Assembly: GCA_963799845.1 (NCBI GenBank)
Contig: CAWCYI010000004.1
Coordinates: 1,824,001 to 1,888,000, forward strand
DNA: 64,000 bases
From: an uncultured Nitrososphaerota archaeon
GTDB taxonomy: Archaea; Thermoproteota; Nitrososphaeria; Nitrososphaerales; CADDZS01
Direction: 5' to 3'
Below the pieces are notes generated by a model, which saw only the letters and a program-made list of their open reading frames with translations, had not been told where the DNA came from and did not search any database. A program made the position numbers and the translations under genes. This document shows positions 40,907 through 51,285 of the stretch, in pieces. The stretch's first letter is position 1; every line of letters begins with the position of its first letter.

Positions 40907-41071
40907 TTAGCTGATACCGTCTGAGACTTGCGATTCCCGTTCTCGTCTAGGCCCAGAACACTCATGGGAACTTAGATCAGCTTCGTTTGCAAAAGAACGC
41001 TTGCAAACGTTGCATTCGTAGGTCTTCCCTGGAGGGGGCGGAGTGATCACGCTCAAGAGATTCTCATCCAA
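40907..41071 (-). CDS. Zinc-finger microprotein (not in the ORF track)
   Basis: YECNVCKRSFANEADLSSHEC. Confidence 0.6.
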   Translation of the reverse strand: MDENLLSVITPPPPGKTYECNVCKRSFANEADLSSHECSGPRRERESQVSDGIS

Positions 41072-41113
41072 GCTTGGATTTCCAGAACATCGAGAAAATG
41101 TTTGGGTAATTTT

Positions 41114-41335
41114 CTATCCTTCTTTTCTTGTGCTTTTGAATTGTTTTACTTTCCCAAAATCTTTGACAGATATTCCAAATTTCTTTGCTGCCCTGATTAT
41201 TCTCCTTCTTGCCACCTCGGGATGACAGAATTTTGATTCGACCTGGTCAAACCTCGCCATTGCATTGCGTACGTGAACGGCATCGTTTATTGGAAGTTTG
41301 CGATCTCTCGGGCAAGCATATTCAATGATCTTCAA
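41114..41335 (-). CDS. DUF6582-like protein (start uncertain)
   Basis: RKLPINDAVHVRNAMARFDQV...ARRRIIRAAKKFGI. Confidence 0.7.
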   Translation of the reverse strand: MKIIEYACPRDRKLPINDAVHVRNAMARFDQVESKFCHPEVARRRIIRAAKKFGISVKDFGKVKQFKSTRKEG

Positions 41336-41617
41336 TTTCTGTCTCCAGCCGTACTTAATTTTACCGAATTTTTTCTCCCCAATTTTATGAAATCTTTTTC
41401 AAGAGGGAATCCGAAATCAAACCTGCTCCGAATCGGGTCTTGGGTACGCGTCGTCAATCAGCTGGTACTGATCTGAATAATTGTCGCAATATCGGGAGAA
41501 TCCTATCATGTGGGAAGCTTGACCGTAACAATTTGATTACAACGGATGCATCTTAGTTTGCCTTTTGTGATGGATGCTGACAAAATAATTCTCAATTTTC
41601 TACTTAACTATAGGCTA

Positions 41618-42106
41618 TTATGAATGGTGCAATAATTTCGTGGGATTATGTTCTAGAAATTTTTTGGACGAAAGCTCAAGAATATCGGTAGTCTGCCTAT
41701 TTTTTCTTGAGACTGCCAATTGAAAGTCTAGGATCTCGGACTTGGCATTCGAAGAGCCCGACCCGTTAAAGGAATGAGTTCCATTACTATGGTGTTCTCC
41801 AAAATATTTCAGCATCCTCGCTATCAAAGCGAGTCTGGATTGAAGCTCTTCAATACCCGCAGGGGTGAGAAACCAGTTGTACGACGTTGGTTCATCCTGT
41901 CTTTCCCTCACACGTACGACTAACTGATATCTTTCAAATCTATGCAACATTGGAACCAAAGTTCCGAAACTCAATCCCTTGTTCGTGGTTTGGATGAACT
42001 TTTTTCTAATTTGATAACCGGTCACCGGCTGATTAGCATTTATAATTTGGAGAACAATTGTTTCTCCCAGACTTGGCAGTACTTGTAGACGAGTCTCAGC
42101 TGACAA
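41618..42106 (-). CDS. PadR-family transcriptional regulator
   Basis: VLQII...TGYQI...SFGTLVPMLHRFE..QLV...LTPAG. Confidence 0.75.
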   Translation of the reverse strand: MSAETRLQVLPSLGETIVLQIINANQPVTGYQIRKKFIQTTNKGLSFGTLVPMLHRFERYQLVVRVRERQDEPTSYNWFLTPAGIEELQSRLALIARMLKYFGEHHSNGTHSFNGSGSSNAKSEILDFQLAVSRKNRQTTDILELSSKKFLEHNPTKLLHHS

Positions 42107-42347
42107 TCTTTGCCTTCGAAAATGAGGATACTTGCTAGAGATTAAGTATATTGAGGAATTGTTATGTAAGATTATACCGTAACGTCTCCCGATACACTCC
42201 TGACAAGATATCTGAACTCGTTGGTGTTACGATCGACGGGTGAGAAATCCGCCAATCTTCTGTAGGTTGCATCGAATTATTGTTACTTACGATTCTTTAG
42301 CTTTGACTATATTGATGATTCGCCTAAATGCCGTCAAGTGATCTTTC

Positions 42348-42626
42348 GTGCTAGGACCAGATCTAATTTTTCGTCTTTCTATCTCAATTTTTCCCTCGAT
42401 TCAACAGAGTGGTCTTGGAATCCTGTCGGGCTTTGCAGATCTGATTGGAGGCGCGATTCCTCTAGTCATAGGGATTTTGATCATTGTGTTGATTGTTGGA
42501 GCTGCGATAATTCTACTCCCGGCGCTTCTTGTTGGAGTGGTTATCTGGTTTCTGACTGGGAGTTTCTTTTACGCCGGAATAGCGTTTCTCGTAATCGCAG
42601 CGATAAGTCTTGTGAAACTGATCTGA
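42348..42626 (+). CDS. Small membrane protein, paralog of 28707
   Basis: Shared WFLTGSFFYAGI motif. Confidence 0.7.
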   Translation: MLGPDLIFRLSISIFPSIQQSGLGILSGFADLIGGAIPLVIGILIIVLIVGAAIILLPALLVGVVIWFLTGSFFYAGIAFLVIAAISLVKLI

Positions 42627-42636
42627 AGCATTTGTC

Positions 42637-43017
42637 ATGTGCGAAACCATCAGCTCGATGAGGTATCCAAAAATGAAAAACGGAGACAAGTGGCGAAAGT
42701 CGGAGGAGTGGGATTCACGGGAACGAGAATGGACAAGAGAAATGCGTAACAGAATGCACGGAGCTCGCAGAGAGTTGAAACTAAAAGAGAAAAAATTTGA
42801 CCCCAGGAAGAGGTTTAGATTTATGTTGGTCTGCTTGGGCATTTTCCTTGTTTCGATCTTCGCCCTATGGTTGACCTCGTTTATTCCTTGGGCGACAGAT
42901 CAGGCTATTTTTTCAATATTCAGCACAATCATCTCGGGAATAGTGTTTGTTGTAAATTACGGAAAAGATATCCTAGTTACTGTTCTAAATTCTCTATCAA
43001 AGAACTCTCTGAGATAA
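42637..43017 (+). CDS. Hypothetical two-TM protein with basic N-terminus
   Basis: Charged N-terminal region followed by two hydrophobic helices. Confidence 0.55.
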   Translation: MCETISSMRYPKMKNGDKWRKSEEWDSREREWTREMRNRMHGARRELKLKEKKFDPRKRFRFMLVCLGIFLVSIFALWLTSFIPWATDQAIFSIFSTIISGIVFVVNYGKDILVTVLNSLSKNSLR

Positions 43018-43129
43018 TTATAGAAAATTACTTTGTTGGATAGAAGAATCGAAAATACATCCTTTCATAATAATCGTTCAGCCTATTAATTAACGAGTCA
43101 TACCATAATGTTCACAGAGTGATAGAAAA

Positions 43130-43423
43130 TTGGATTTCGGATCTCTGACTTTCATCGTACTCGTAATAATGCTGTTCTTCGACGGATTGATATTCGGAGT
43201 TGCAGCGGCCAAAGGAGTCACGTCGATTATCCTGATCGTCGTGGGACTCGTAATTGCATCATTTATTGGCCTCAGCATTCCATTCCTGAACTCCAACGCT
43301 GGAAATTTCCTAGGGAGTATTGAAAACCTGTTTATTTCGGCAGTCAATAGGTATGGACCAACATTTTTCGCCATGCCTATACTCTGGATAGTCGGGTTCT
43401 TGGTTGGGGTCTTTGCAATTTAG
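43130..43423 (+). CDS. Small membrane protein (family with 25194 and 37130)
   Basis: DGLIFGVAAAKG...IGLSIPF...PILWIVGFLVG. Confidence 0.75.
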   Translation: MDFGSLTFIVLVIMLFFDGLIFGVAAAKGVTSIILIVVGLVIASFIGLSIPFLNSNAGNFLGSIENLFISAVNRYGPTFFAMPILWIVGFLVGVFAI

Positions 43424-43939
43424 ACCCTCGAACCCTAACTAATCTGACATCTATTCATGAAAAATCCCGATTAATTTACTTGGATTCCAGGAGCGTTTAG
43501 CCAATCAAGGAGTAGTTTTGGTGGTAAAATGGTATGATGTCAAGCTTCGGTAAGTCGGGCGAATGTGTCGCTCCTGCAAAGGTGGCTGACAGGGATAATG
43601 AAGAGATAGCTGAAAATGTTTGGTACACATGACTGGGATGTCGACTCGGGAAAGCCACTTGGTGAAAGTGGCGTTTTGATTCACTATAATTGCAGAAGGT
43701 GCAATGCTGAGGGGTACTCTATTGTGACTAGTAAGGGGACGAGTACTTCTAAATTGATAGAGACCAGGATTGTCAACTTCATTTGAAATGAATGAAGTTA
43801 ACAATTAGATGTGCGGATCGATATTGGCATAGCTGGAGAGTTCTACCGATCCAATTGCGCCACAGAGGGCGTGAAAAATCGAAAAGATCTTCAACAAGCA
43901 CATAATTCAAGCGGCTGAATCGAAAACAGTCACCTAAAT

Positions 43940-44473
43940 TCAGACACTTTCAATTGCTTCAAGCAACTGATGCTTGGAAATGGGCTTCGCTAGAATTAAG
44001 TTTAAGAATTTTTTTGAATCCCGAGGAACATCATAAGCAGTTATCATAATTATCTTGATATCAGAATTGATTTCTTTGATTTTATGAGAGGCCTCGAGCC
44101 CGTCCATGCGAGGCATCTTCTGGTCCATCAATATCACGTCTGGGTAGTTTCCTGGACTGGACTTTACAGCATTGACAGCTTCGACCCCGTCTTGGAAAAC
44201 GCGATCTACGGTAAATCCTGCCGATCTAAGAATAATGGAATAAAGATCCGCAATCTTTTTTTCATCATCGACTACCATTATCTTATAATCGAGAGATTTT
44301 CCGTTTTCTGGCCCTGTCTTGGATTTCGGATTATTGTTTCGAAGTCCTTTAGAGCGTTGCCCAAATGCGCGCTTTGACTCTGGAAAGCCCCAATCAGATC
44401 GATTTGGAAGATTTTCCTCGAAAAAGCTTGGCACGAGGACCTGCTTTGCACTTTTTGATTTTTTCGGAGTCAA
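43940..44473 (-). CDS. Response regulator receiver with N-terminal extension
   Basis: VVDDE, MDQKMPRMDG, TA, KP; overlaps the stop of the upstream kinase. Confidence 0.88.
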   Translation of the reverse strand: MTPKKSKSAKQVLVPSFFEENLPNRSDWGFPESKRAFGQRSKGLRNNNPKSKTGPENGKSLDYKIMVVDDEKKIADLYSIILRSAGFTVDRVFQDGVEAVNAVKSSPGNYPDVILMDQKMPRMDGLEASHKIKEINSDIKIIMITAYDVPRDSKKFLNLILAKPISKHQLLEAIESV

Positions 44474-46171
44474 TTTTCCACTCGTTCAGGCTTAAGTGAA
44501 ATTGGAAGCCAAATTCTAATCGTACTCCCACGTGGTTTTCGATCCTCGACCACTATCCTGCCATCATATCTATTTACAACGAGCGCGTGTATTATCGACA
44601 TGCCTAGACCGCTTCCCCTCGCTCCCGCAACAAACCTATCAAAGATCTTATCCTTCAATTCATAGGGGATACCGATTCCATTATCGGAGATCGAGATCTT
44701 GAAGTAAGGCTCCTCTCTCTCGATCTCGATCCAAAGTGGAACCGTATTTGACTCGGTATATTTTGCCGAATTTGAAAAGACATTGGTGAAGACTTCATCT
44801 ATGAGCTCATCCACTTCGATGTAAGTCTTCTTCTTTCTTTCTTTAGGCGAAATCTCGGTCTCTTCGCGGATCAGCTTGTCAGGAAACGCTTGTCGGACGA
44901 GCGTTAGCGATCTCTGTAGTGATTGAATAAGATCAATCGGGCCGAGTTCCGGCTTTTCTTCCGACAGAATCTTACCTCAGCTTCTTGCCCCTCTCTACCA
45001 AGGAAGATGCCCCGTCGATCGCATCAAGAAGGTCTTTTACAAGCCTTGCGCCCTCCACGTCTTCCGAAGCTTCGAGCCGCTCAAGCAAAAGCTCAGCACT
45101 CAATCTGGAGACCTGATTATAGTTTTTGATATCATGGGTCAGTATATCCTGAAGAAGTTGCGCCTGTTTTCTGCTTCTCTCTTCCATCTCCCTAAGCTCA
45201 CTTTCCTTCCAGAGGGCATCGAACACAGAGGCAATCCCAACGATCGTGTGTCTATTAGTCGTATAGATGTTAGAAAACACAGCGTTCTGCGTCGAGTCCG
45301 CTTCGGTATTCGAGTACTGGGTGATGAACATTTTCTTCATATCGTAAATCGTGATGCTTACGTTCATAGGCTCGATCTTTCTCCATTCAGCATTAGGTAG
45401 AATTTTCATTGCGGAGATGTCATTGCCAGGCGAAAGAACTCTAACTTGGAAGCCTCTTTCCTGCTGAAGTTGCGAAAGTCGTTCGAACATCTTGGAGTTT
45501 CTTGTGATCGTCTTGGGAGAGGCGACGATTAGGAGAGCTGATTCTCTGCATTCTTCCGTCATCTCCGTTCCAAGCTTGAAGACTTCGGTCATATCTTCGA
45601 TCAATCGCGTCTCCTCAATCTCTCGGCCTTCCTCTAACTGGCGAATCCGCGACTCGCCAGGAATAGACATCCGCCACATCATTTGGAATATCTGACTCGC
45701 TTGTGAGACTACGTCACTCTTATTGCTCCAGATTATTTCTCGTGGGAGGTCTGAGCCGGTGGCAGTTTGTTCCTCCATTACAGCGAGCTCGATTGCCACG
45801 TACTCGTCTCTCGACAAGGCGAAACTGATCTTGTTTTTATCAAGGTGCCTCACTTCTACACCGATTTCTGAAAGGGACTTGTAGTATGCCAGGTTTTCTC
45901 TTTGAAGGTCTGTGATTAATTGAAACTTGAATTTTGGATTTAGAGCGAATAGAGCCTTCGAAAGATCAATTGCGGCTTCTTGATCTCTGGGGACGCGACT
46001 ATCTGAGGAAGTTTTCAGATAAGAAGCCGTCGACCGCTCTATGAACGCCATTGAGAGCGGGGCAACTTCAGCTCCACTTACGAGCTTGGTCTCCTGAACT
46101 GTGGAAGAGGACGAAGAATCGACAACAGAATCAGAGCCTCCTCCAGTCTGGTGGTTGACCGTAGAAGACAA
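44470..46171 (-). CDS. Cytoplasmic histidine kinase (TrmB/PLD-like sensor), frameshift near 44977
   Basis: H-box THDIKNYNQ in ORF 44972-46171; the shifted frame reads GKILSEEKPELGPIDL into the HATPase (NVFSNSAKY, DNGIGIP, GSGLGM). Confidence 0.88.
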
Positions 46172-46200
46172 CTAGTACTGGATTCTTGTTTTAGGCTTTC

Positions 46201-46229
46201 TATATATGCACAGCGGGAGGATTGTTCCA
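46201..46229 (-). promoter_or_regulatory. Recurrent upstream element plus TATA box
   Basis: TGGAACAATCCT-cccgctgtgc-ATATATA. Confidence 0.55.
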
Positions 46230-46280
46230 TAACAGAATTAGTTTCCCAAAAAAATTGGGAATCGCTGGCGTTCCTGGGAT

Positions 46281-46481
46281 TTACATGCTATCGTCTCTTT
46301 CTAGGCTGGGACTCTGATCTTTATTGTTATTGCCCAGCGGGCTAGGTTGTGGCTTGACTTCCCCGAAATTTTCGGATCTTTCAGTTGGTCGTCCCTTAGT
46401 GTCTAGATTGTCTATCTCGTCTTCCGTCTGCATTTCATCAGCGCTGATTTTCTTTTTATTAGTCTGGACTTTTTTTGTCAT
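46281..46481 (-). CDS. Small hydrophilic/disordered protein
   Basis: 66 aa rich in K/E/D/S/N with no hydrophobic core. Confidence 0.5.
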   Translation of the reverse strand: MTKKVQTNKKKISADEMQTEDEIDNLDTKGRPTERSENFGEVKPQPSPLGNNNKDQSPSLERDDSM

Positions 46482-46668
46482 CTTCCTTCCGTTCACTTGA
46501 TGGCTAATCACAACCATTAAGCGTGATGGAAAAAGGAACTAGAATCCTTTCTGAAAACTGTGTTACAGAGTTTCATAACATCTCAGTAGTTTTTGTTCAA
46601 GATTTCTCGAAATTCCTTGATAACTAGGACCGAAGTGTCGGCTTTGGACAAGAGAACCGGGCGTCACC

Positions 46669-46848
46669 CTAAAACTTGTCGCAAATGACACATATGCCTT
46701 CGAGGTGCAGCGTCACTGCTGGTATGTTAGGATAGTGGGGATGTCTCTTGCAGTTTAGGCACGTGCTGTAGGTTACGCTTCGTGATGTTCTGGCGGATTT
46801 TTCCTCTGAGGCACTCTCCACTTTGGTTCCGAAAAGTTGTCTGGCCAT
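46669..46848 (-). CDS. CxxC...CxxC zinc-binding microprotein (not in the ORF track)
   Basis: 59 aa; CLNCKRHPH...H..GICVICDKF; GAGGG before the ATG. Confidence 0.55.
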   Translation of the reverse strand: MARQLFGTKVESASEEKSARTSRSVTYSTCLNCKRHPHYPNIPAVTLHLEGICVICDKF

Positions 46849-46926
46849 AGTTTTTCCCTCAAAAAACCATTTAATATTTCAACTGATTGCCGTATTCGAA
46901 GAGAAGAAAGTTCTAGAACATTTGAG

Positions 46927-47178
46927 CTACCTCAAAGCTCTTCTCAAATCATCAGAATAGCTCTGTTTTAGAGTGATCAGGCACTTGTGAACAGCCATGT
47001 CAAACGCGCAAAGAAATGACCCACAGGGGCAATAAAACGCTGCCAATTCCTTAAAACAATTCCTGCAGCTCACCGTATGACCGATGATCCTCAACATCTG
47101 GGTGGGCTTTGCCTCAATATCATCGAATTCGTCGACCTCTTCTTTGAGGTTTGTCCTCAACTTGTGCAACTTTCGCAT
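46927..47178 (-). CDS. Cys/His-rich zinc-finger protein (B-box/AN1-like spacing)
   Basis: CRNC...FYCPCGSFLC....HKC. Confidence 0.6.
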   Translation of the reverse strand: MRKLHKLRTNLKEEVDEFDDIEAKPTQMLRIIGHTVSCRNCFKELAAFYCPCGSFLCAFDMAVHKCLITLKQSYSDDLRRALR

Positions 47179-47395
47179 GTTCTGTCTCTGCGAGATAGAG
47201 GAGACTTGGTGTATTTGAGACAGAAGTAATGGAGTTAGGAAACATTTTCCGTTTCGAATGTTTTCGAATTATTTTAGTGGAGTCGAAGAACCTCGTTTCT
47301 CTGAGAAATTTGTACGTGATTAGGTTATAGAACTCGTTTGCGAATATGAAAAACTATGTTCGATTAGATTTGGACTAAAAAAGTGGTTTGAAAGC

Positions 47396-48149
47396 TTATC
47401 CTTCGGCTTCTGGTACGACATCCATTCTCAATGAGAAATCTATCCTGGTTTCATTGTTTCCCGTCGGGATGACGTCGAACCGATAGTTCTTGACGTTCAT
47501 GTCATAGTTTCCGTACGGGGTTGAAATTCGGCGTGACAGTATTTCGACCAGATCGCGTTCACTTAGCTGGGGAAGCGCACCCGGTCGTGCATTGATCCTC
47601 GTCTGTCCGCTAGAAGCTCTCGAATTAAGTTCCATCCCGTTCAACTGCCACACGAAATGAACAGCGAGGAGGTAGGTTACCGGAAATGAAACTATTGCTC
47701 CGACGATATTCCCCAAGATAGGCGGAAATGATACCTCTTTCAAGAGTAGAAGTTGAACCATGATCATGATGATATTTCCAGCTGAGGAACGAAAGCTGAA
47801 ATTTGGCGAGGCGCCTGAGAATGCTTGAGAGATTGTAGTTTATTCTTCGACCCTCACTTCGAATCAAAAGCGATTCATTGACAAAAAATGCAACCGATAC
47901 TCCAATGACGAAGGCGATGATATTCAGAGCCCAGAAAATCGGGGAGCTAAATGCATTCTGTGGTGCACTAACCTTCCCATAGAGAAGGTAAGTCCCTGAC
48001 GTTAGGATGATCTCGGTGTCTAGAAAACCAACAGCACTGCCGGTCGCGAACTTTCCAGCGCGAAAAAGAGAAGCGTACTGTCTTGTCCAACGACGCAGTT
48101 TTTCCTTTGTATTCTTTGTACGAGTTTCGGCGATGAGATTAGATTCCAA
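47396..48149 (-). CDS. GtrA-family membrane protein, frameshift near 47785
   Basis: KFATGSAVGFLD...SVAFFVNE then AGNII...GNIVGAIVSFPVTY...FVW in the next frame. Confidence 0.75.
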
Positions 48150-48222
48150 ACTGCAACACTTCTAAGAAATAGCGCAAGGACTCAAAAATTGAGTCCAGGT
48201 TTTCGATGGGGGCAGTCCTTAC

Positions 48223-48459
48223 CTAGGATCCGTTTGATTGAAGGGTCGCTCTGAACTGGCAATCAATTGAGAGTCCGCCTTCAGTTTTCTCGACGGAAAA
48301 TTTGTAGTTCTCGACCTTCGCGTCAACCTTTGCAAGATATTCCTGGATTTGACTGCCATAGGTCATGAGCTGGCCCTTCACGCTATCCATGGACTGGCTA
48401 AGATTTATGGCGTGCTCTGATTTGCGATCTTCTTTTTCTTTCATTTCTGTTCGAGACAT
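48223..48459 (-). CDS. Small hypothetical protein, paralog of 21324
   Basis: QIQEYLAKVDAKVENYKFSVEK...FRATL. Confidence 0.75.
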   Translation of the reverse strand: MSRTEMKEKEDRKSEHAINLSQSMDSVKGQLMTYGSQIQEYLAKVDAKVENYKFSVEKTEGGLSIDCQFRATLQSNGS

Positions 48460-48490
48460 GTTTTTCTCATTGTTTTACAACTCAAAACAT

Positions 48491-48640
48491 ACTAAAAAGC
48501 GGAAGGAAAGATTGTACTAGAAACAAATTGATAAAGCTTTGAGATTAATGCCCTAAATTCAGTTTCTTAGGGATAAGCAAAGCGATTTCGTCTGCAAAAA
48601 AGCGAAAGGACTAGAAGATTCTTTCGTCAATCTTATATTT
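48491..48640. promoter_or_regulatory. Divergent promoter pair, each with the upstream element-N9-TATA
   Basis: Minus: CTAGTACAATCTT-tccttccgc-TTTTTAGT (48508-48520). Plus: CTAGAAGATTCTT-tcgtcaatc-TTATATTT (48611-48623). Confidence 0.6.
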
Positions 48641-48663
48641 TAGTTGTGGAAATCACAACACCC

Positions 48664-48984
48664 ATGAAGTACAGAAGCAGCACAGAAATAATTGATTCGA
48701 TGCTCCGATCAATAAGATCCGGCGCGACGAAGACTCATATCATGTACCGTGCCTATATGTCCTATTCTCAGTTGAAGGAGTACCTCAAATTGTTGGAGGA
48801 GAGACAGCTGATAAGGTGCGAAGCCGGCTCGCAACTGTACGTCCTAACCGAAAAAGGGCTGAAGTTCATGAATGCGTACGAGAAGATCAATGAGCTTGTA
48901 CCCAGCATTAACGAAAGCAAGGGTCCTGTTGAAGACCGGTCAGAAGAAATTCCCGTCATAAAGAAACAAGCTTTCGAATATTGA
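48664..48984 (+). CDS. HTH_45-type winged-helix regulator (paralog 3)
   Basis: MKYRSSTEIIDSMLRSIRSGATKTHIMYRAYMSYSQLKEYL. Confidence 0.9.
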   Translation: MKYRSSTEIIDSMLRSIRSGATKTHIMYRAYMSYSQLKEYLKLLEERQLIRCEAGSQLYVLTEKGLKFMNAYEKINELVPSINESKGPVEDRSEEIPVIKKQAFEY

Positions 48985-49174
48985 CCTCTTGGGAAAAAAC
49001 AAAGGGGTCACGGGCTTGCGAAGTGTATTCGCACATGCCCATATTTCCTCTTTTTTCTTCAAATCCGCTGAAGTGCACATCCTCATCAGCTAGGTGGTTA
49101 TATTGTGAACTCGGGCAGACGGAATCGACCGCGCCGCTAATTGATCGCTTCTAGTTTTTAGAAACGTCTTGGCT

Positions 49175-50989
49175 TCACTTTTCAGCTTTTGGAAGCCAGA
49201 TCTCCACTAGGGTTCCTTTCGAATAATCTCCTTCGACTCGGTTCTTCAATGAAATTCTACCCGCATACCTGTCGACTGCTAGGGCACGCGCTATGGACAT
49301 TCCGAGACCACTCCCTTTTGCGCTCCCGGAGTAGCGATCATAGATGTTATATTTTGCTTCTTCGGGAATTCCTCTCCCCTGGTCGATCACCTTGATGAGC
49401 CAAAAATCCTTGTCATCCTCGATCACCGTATTCAATACGACTTCCTGAGAATCCGTATATTTCACCGCGTTAGAATAGATGTTGATGAAAATTTCGTCCA
49501 AGAAATCATCGCCCAATACTGCAAAATGATCTCCAGCAACGGATAATTGATTGCTAACTTTCTTGGAAGGATTCGCTTTGATTACCAACGAGTAAGAATT
49601 ATTGATGGAGTCTAGTAAATTCCTCGAAGAGAGTTTAACACTCTGATCGGACATTACCTTTCCCAACTTTCTGGCTCTCTCGAGGAGACTCGTCGAGCCT
49701 TCTATTGCTGTTATTATAGTTTTGAGTGCATTGGAGAATTCGACATCGTCTTTCGAAGGAAGATCGCCCATTAGCTCCGCTTGAAGCCTGATTATTTGGT
49801 TATAGTTCACTATGTCGTGGGTGAGAATATCCTGCAAAAGTTTTGCCTGCCGGGTGGCTTTCTCTTCTCTCGCTAGGGATTCGACAAGCTTCTCCCTTGC
49901 CAACATCTCTGATTCTCTCAATTCGCTCTCGTGCCAAAGTTTTTCGAAGAACGCAATGTATGAAGAAACGGTTGGTTTGCTGTTGGAATAGGTGGCCAGA
50001 CCGATCGCCTTCTCAAATTCCAGCTTTGAATTGTCTCCGAGCTCAATTATGAAAGATCTAGACCTATCAAATACAGCAAATGTGACCTTTGTCTCGCTCG
50101 AAGCCACGTCTATCTCACGAATTATGATTTGTCTTGAAGAACTTACAGCTTTATCGGAACTTATTTCTGAACTTAGATTCCATCTATGTGATGAAATTTT
50201 TTCTCTAATCAAATTGTCGAGCGGGGAGAGCATTCTAATCTTGACTCCCCTTTCGATCGCTGCCTTATCCAACGCCTCGTTAACTCCAATTATCTCCTCC
50301 CGCAGGAAAGAGGCTTGAGTCGGAAACACGATCTGTATCTCTACGGTAGCTGAATTTACCAATTCGAGAAATTTTTCCTTGATTTCAATCGGATCGGATG
50401 ATACTTCAATTCGCGGCGAAGTTGTTCCGATATTCTCATTTTCGATTTCATCTATTCTGCTCTTGGACGGAATAGCACTTTCCCAGAGGTTATCGAATAT
50501 ATTCTTCATTTGTTCCAAGAGGACGGCATTTGTGCTCCACACCATTTGTTTGGGTAATTTGCCATACTCGTCAGTAACGAAATAAAGATAGTCCGTTCTC
50601 GTAATTCCAAAATTCCCTTTGAGGCCCCCTATGTGCCTTGCTTCGTAACCAGCATCAATGAGTTTCTTGACGCTGTCCAAATTTTCTTGTTGTATATCGA
50701 TAACAAAACGGATTTTTTCGTTAGGATTTTCCTTCTTGATTGACTGAAGAATCTTGAAGAATTCTGGCTGGACTGCAGTTTCTGGTGCTCTACAATCCAT
50801 CGTTCCGAAGTAAAAAGCAGATATTGGATCAGAACTGGCCCGTCGAGAAATAGAGTAAATCGTAGAGATTATCTCATCCGGTTCTGAAATTACCCGGGTG
50901 AGTGGATCCGAATTGATAGTCGCTGATTCTGAGAGACCATTCTTCGAATTAGTCTCATGTTCATCAATAGAAAGCAAGGGCGGATCCAT
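49175..50989 (-). CDS. Cytoplasmic histidine kinase (TrmB/PLD-like sensor)
   Basis: THDIVNYNQ, NIYSNAVKY, DQGRGIP, GSGLGM; EARHIGGLKGNFGI sensor motif. Confidence 0.92.
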   Translation of the reverse strand: MDPPLLSIDEHETNSKNGLSESATINSDPLTRVISEPDEIISTIYSISRRASSDPISAFYFGTMDCRAPETAVQPEFFKILQSIKKENPNEKIRFVIDIQQENLDSVKKLIDAGYEARHIGGLKGNFGITRTDYLYFVTDEYGKLPKQMVWSTNAVLLEQMKNIFDNLWESAIPSKSRIDEIENENIGTTSPRIEVSSDPIEIKEKFLELVNSATVEIQIVFPTQASFLREEIIGVNEALDKAAIERGVKIRMLSPLDNLIREKISSHRWNLSSEISSDKAVSSSRQIIIREIDVASSETKVTFAVFDRSRSFIIELGDNSKLEFEKAIGLATYSNSKPTVSSYIAFFEKLWHESELRESEMLAREKLVESLAREEKATRQAKLLQDILTHDIVNYNQIIRLQAELMGDLPSKDDVEFSNALKTIITAIEGSTSLLERARKLGKVMSDQSVKLSSRNLLDSINNSYSLVIKANPSKKVSNQLSVAGDHFAVLGDDFLDEIFINIYSNAVKYTDSQEVVLNTVIEDDKDFWLIKVIDQGRGIPEEAKYNIYDRYSGSAKGSGLGMSIARALAVDRYAGRISLKNRVEGDYSKGTLVEIWLPKAEK

Positions 50990-51023
50990 TTTTTGGAAAT
51001 TATATCACAACAAACAATCCAAG

Positions 51024-51050
51024 TATTAATTTTTATGGAAGAATCTTCTA
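51024..51050 (-). promoter_or_regulatory. Recurrent upstream element plus TATA box
   Basis: TAGAAGATTCTT-ccataaaaa-TTAATA. Confidence 0.6.
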
Positions 51051-51285
51051 TCCATGATTTCTTGGAGCAATTTCTTTTCGACAGTTATGGCCTGACTCTC
51101 TGTCCGAGATCATTTCGATGGATCTGTGATTCTAATTTTTCTTCTGTGATTTCTTGTTTAGGAACTTGAATCCAGTAATTAACAATCTTTCACTTTAGGG
51201 TACATTGTTCAGTAATACGAATGTGATAACTCTAAATTTCAGAATAGCTTCCTTACTGTTCGAAGTGTAACATTGGGGTTAGAAG

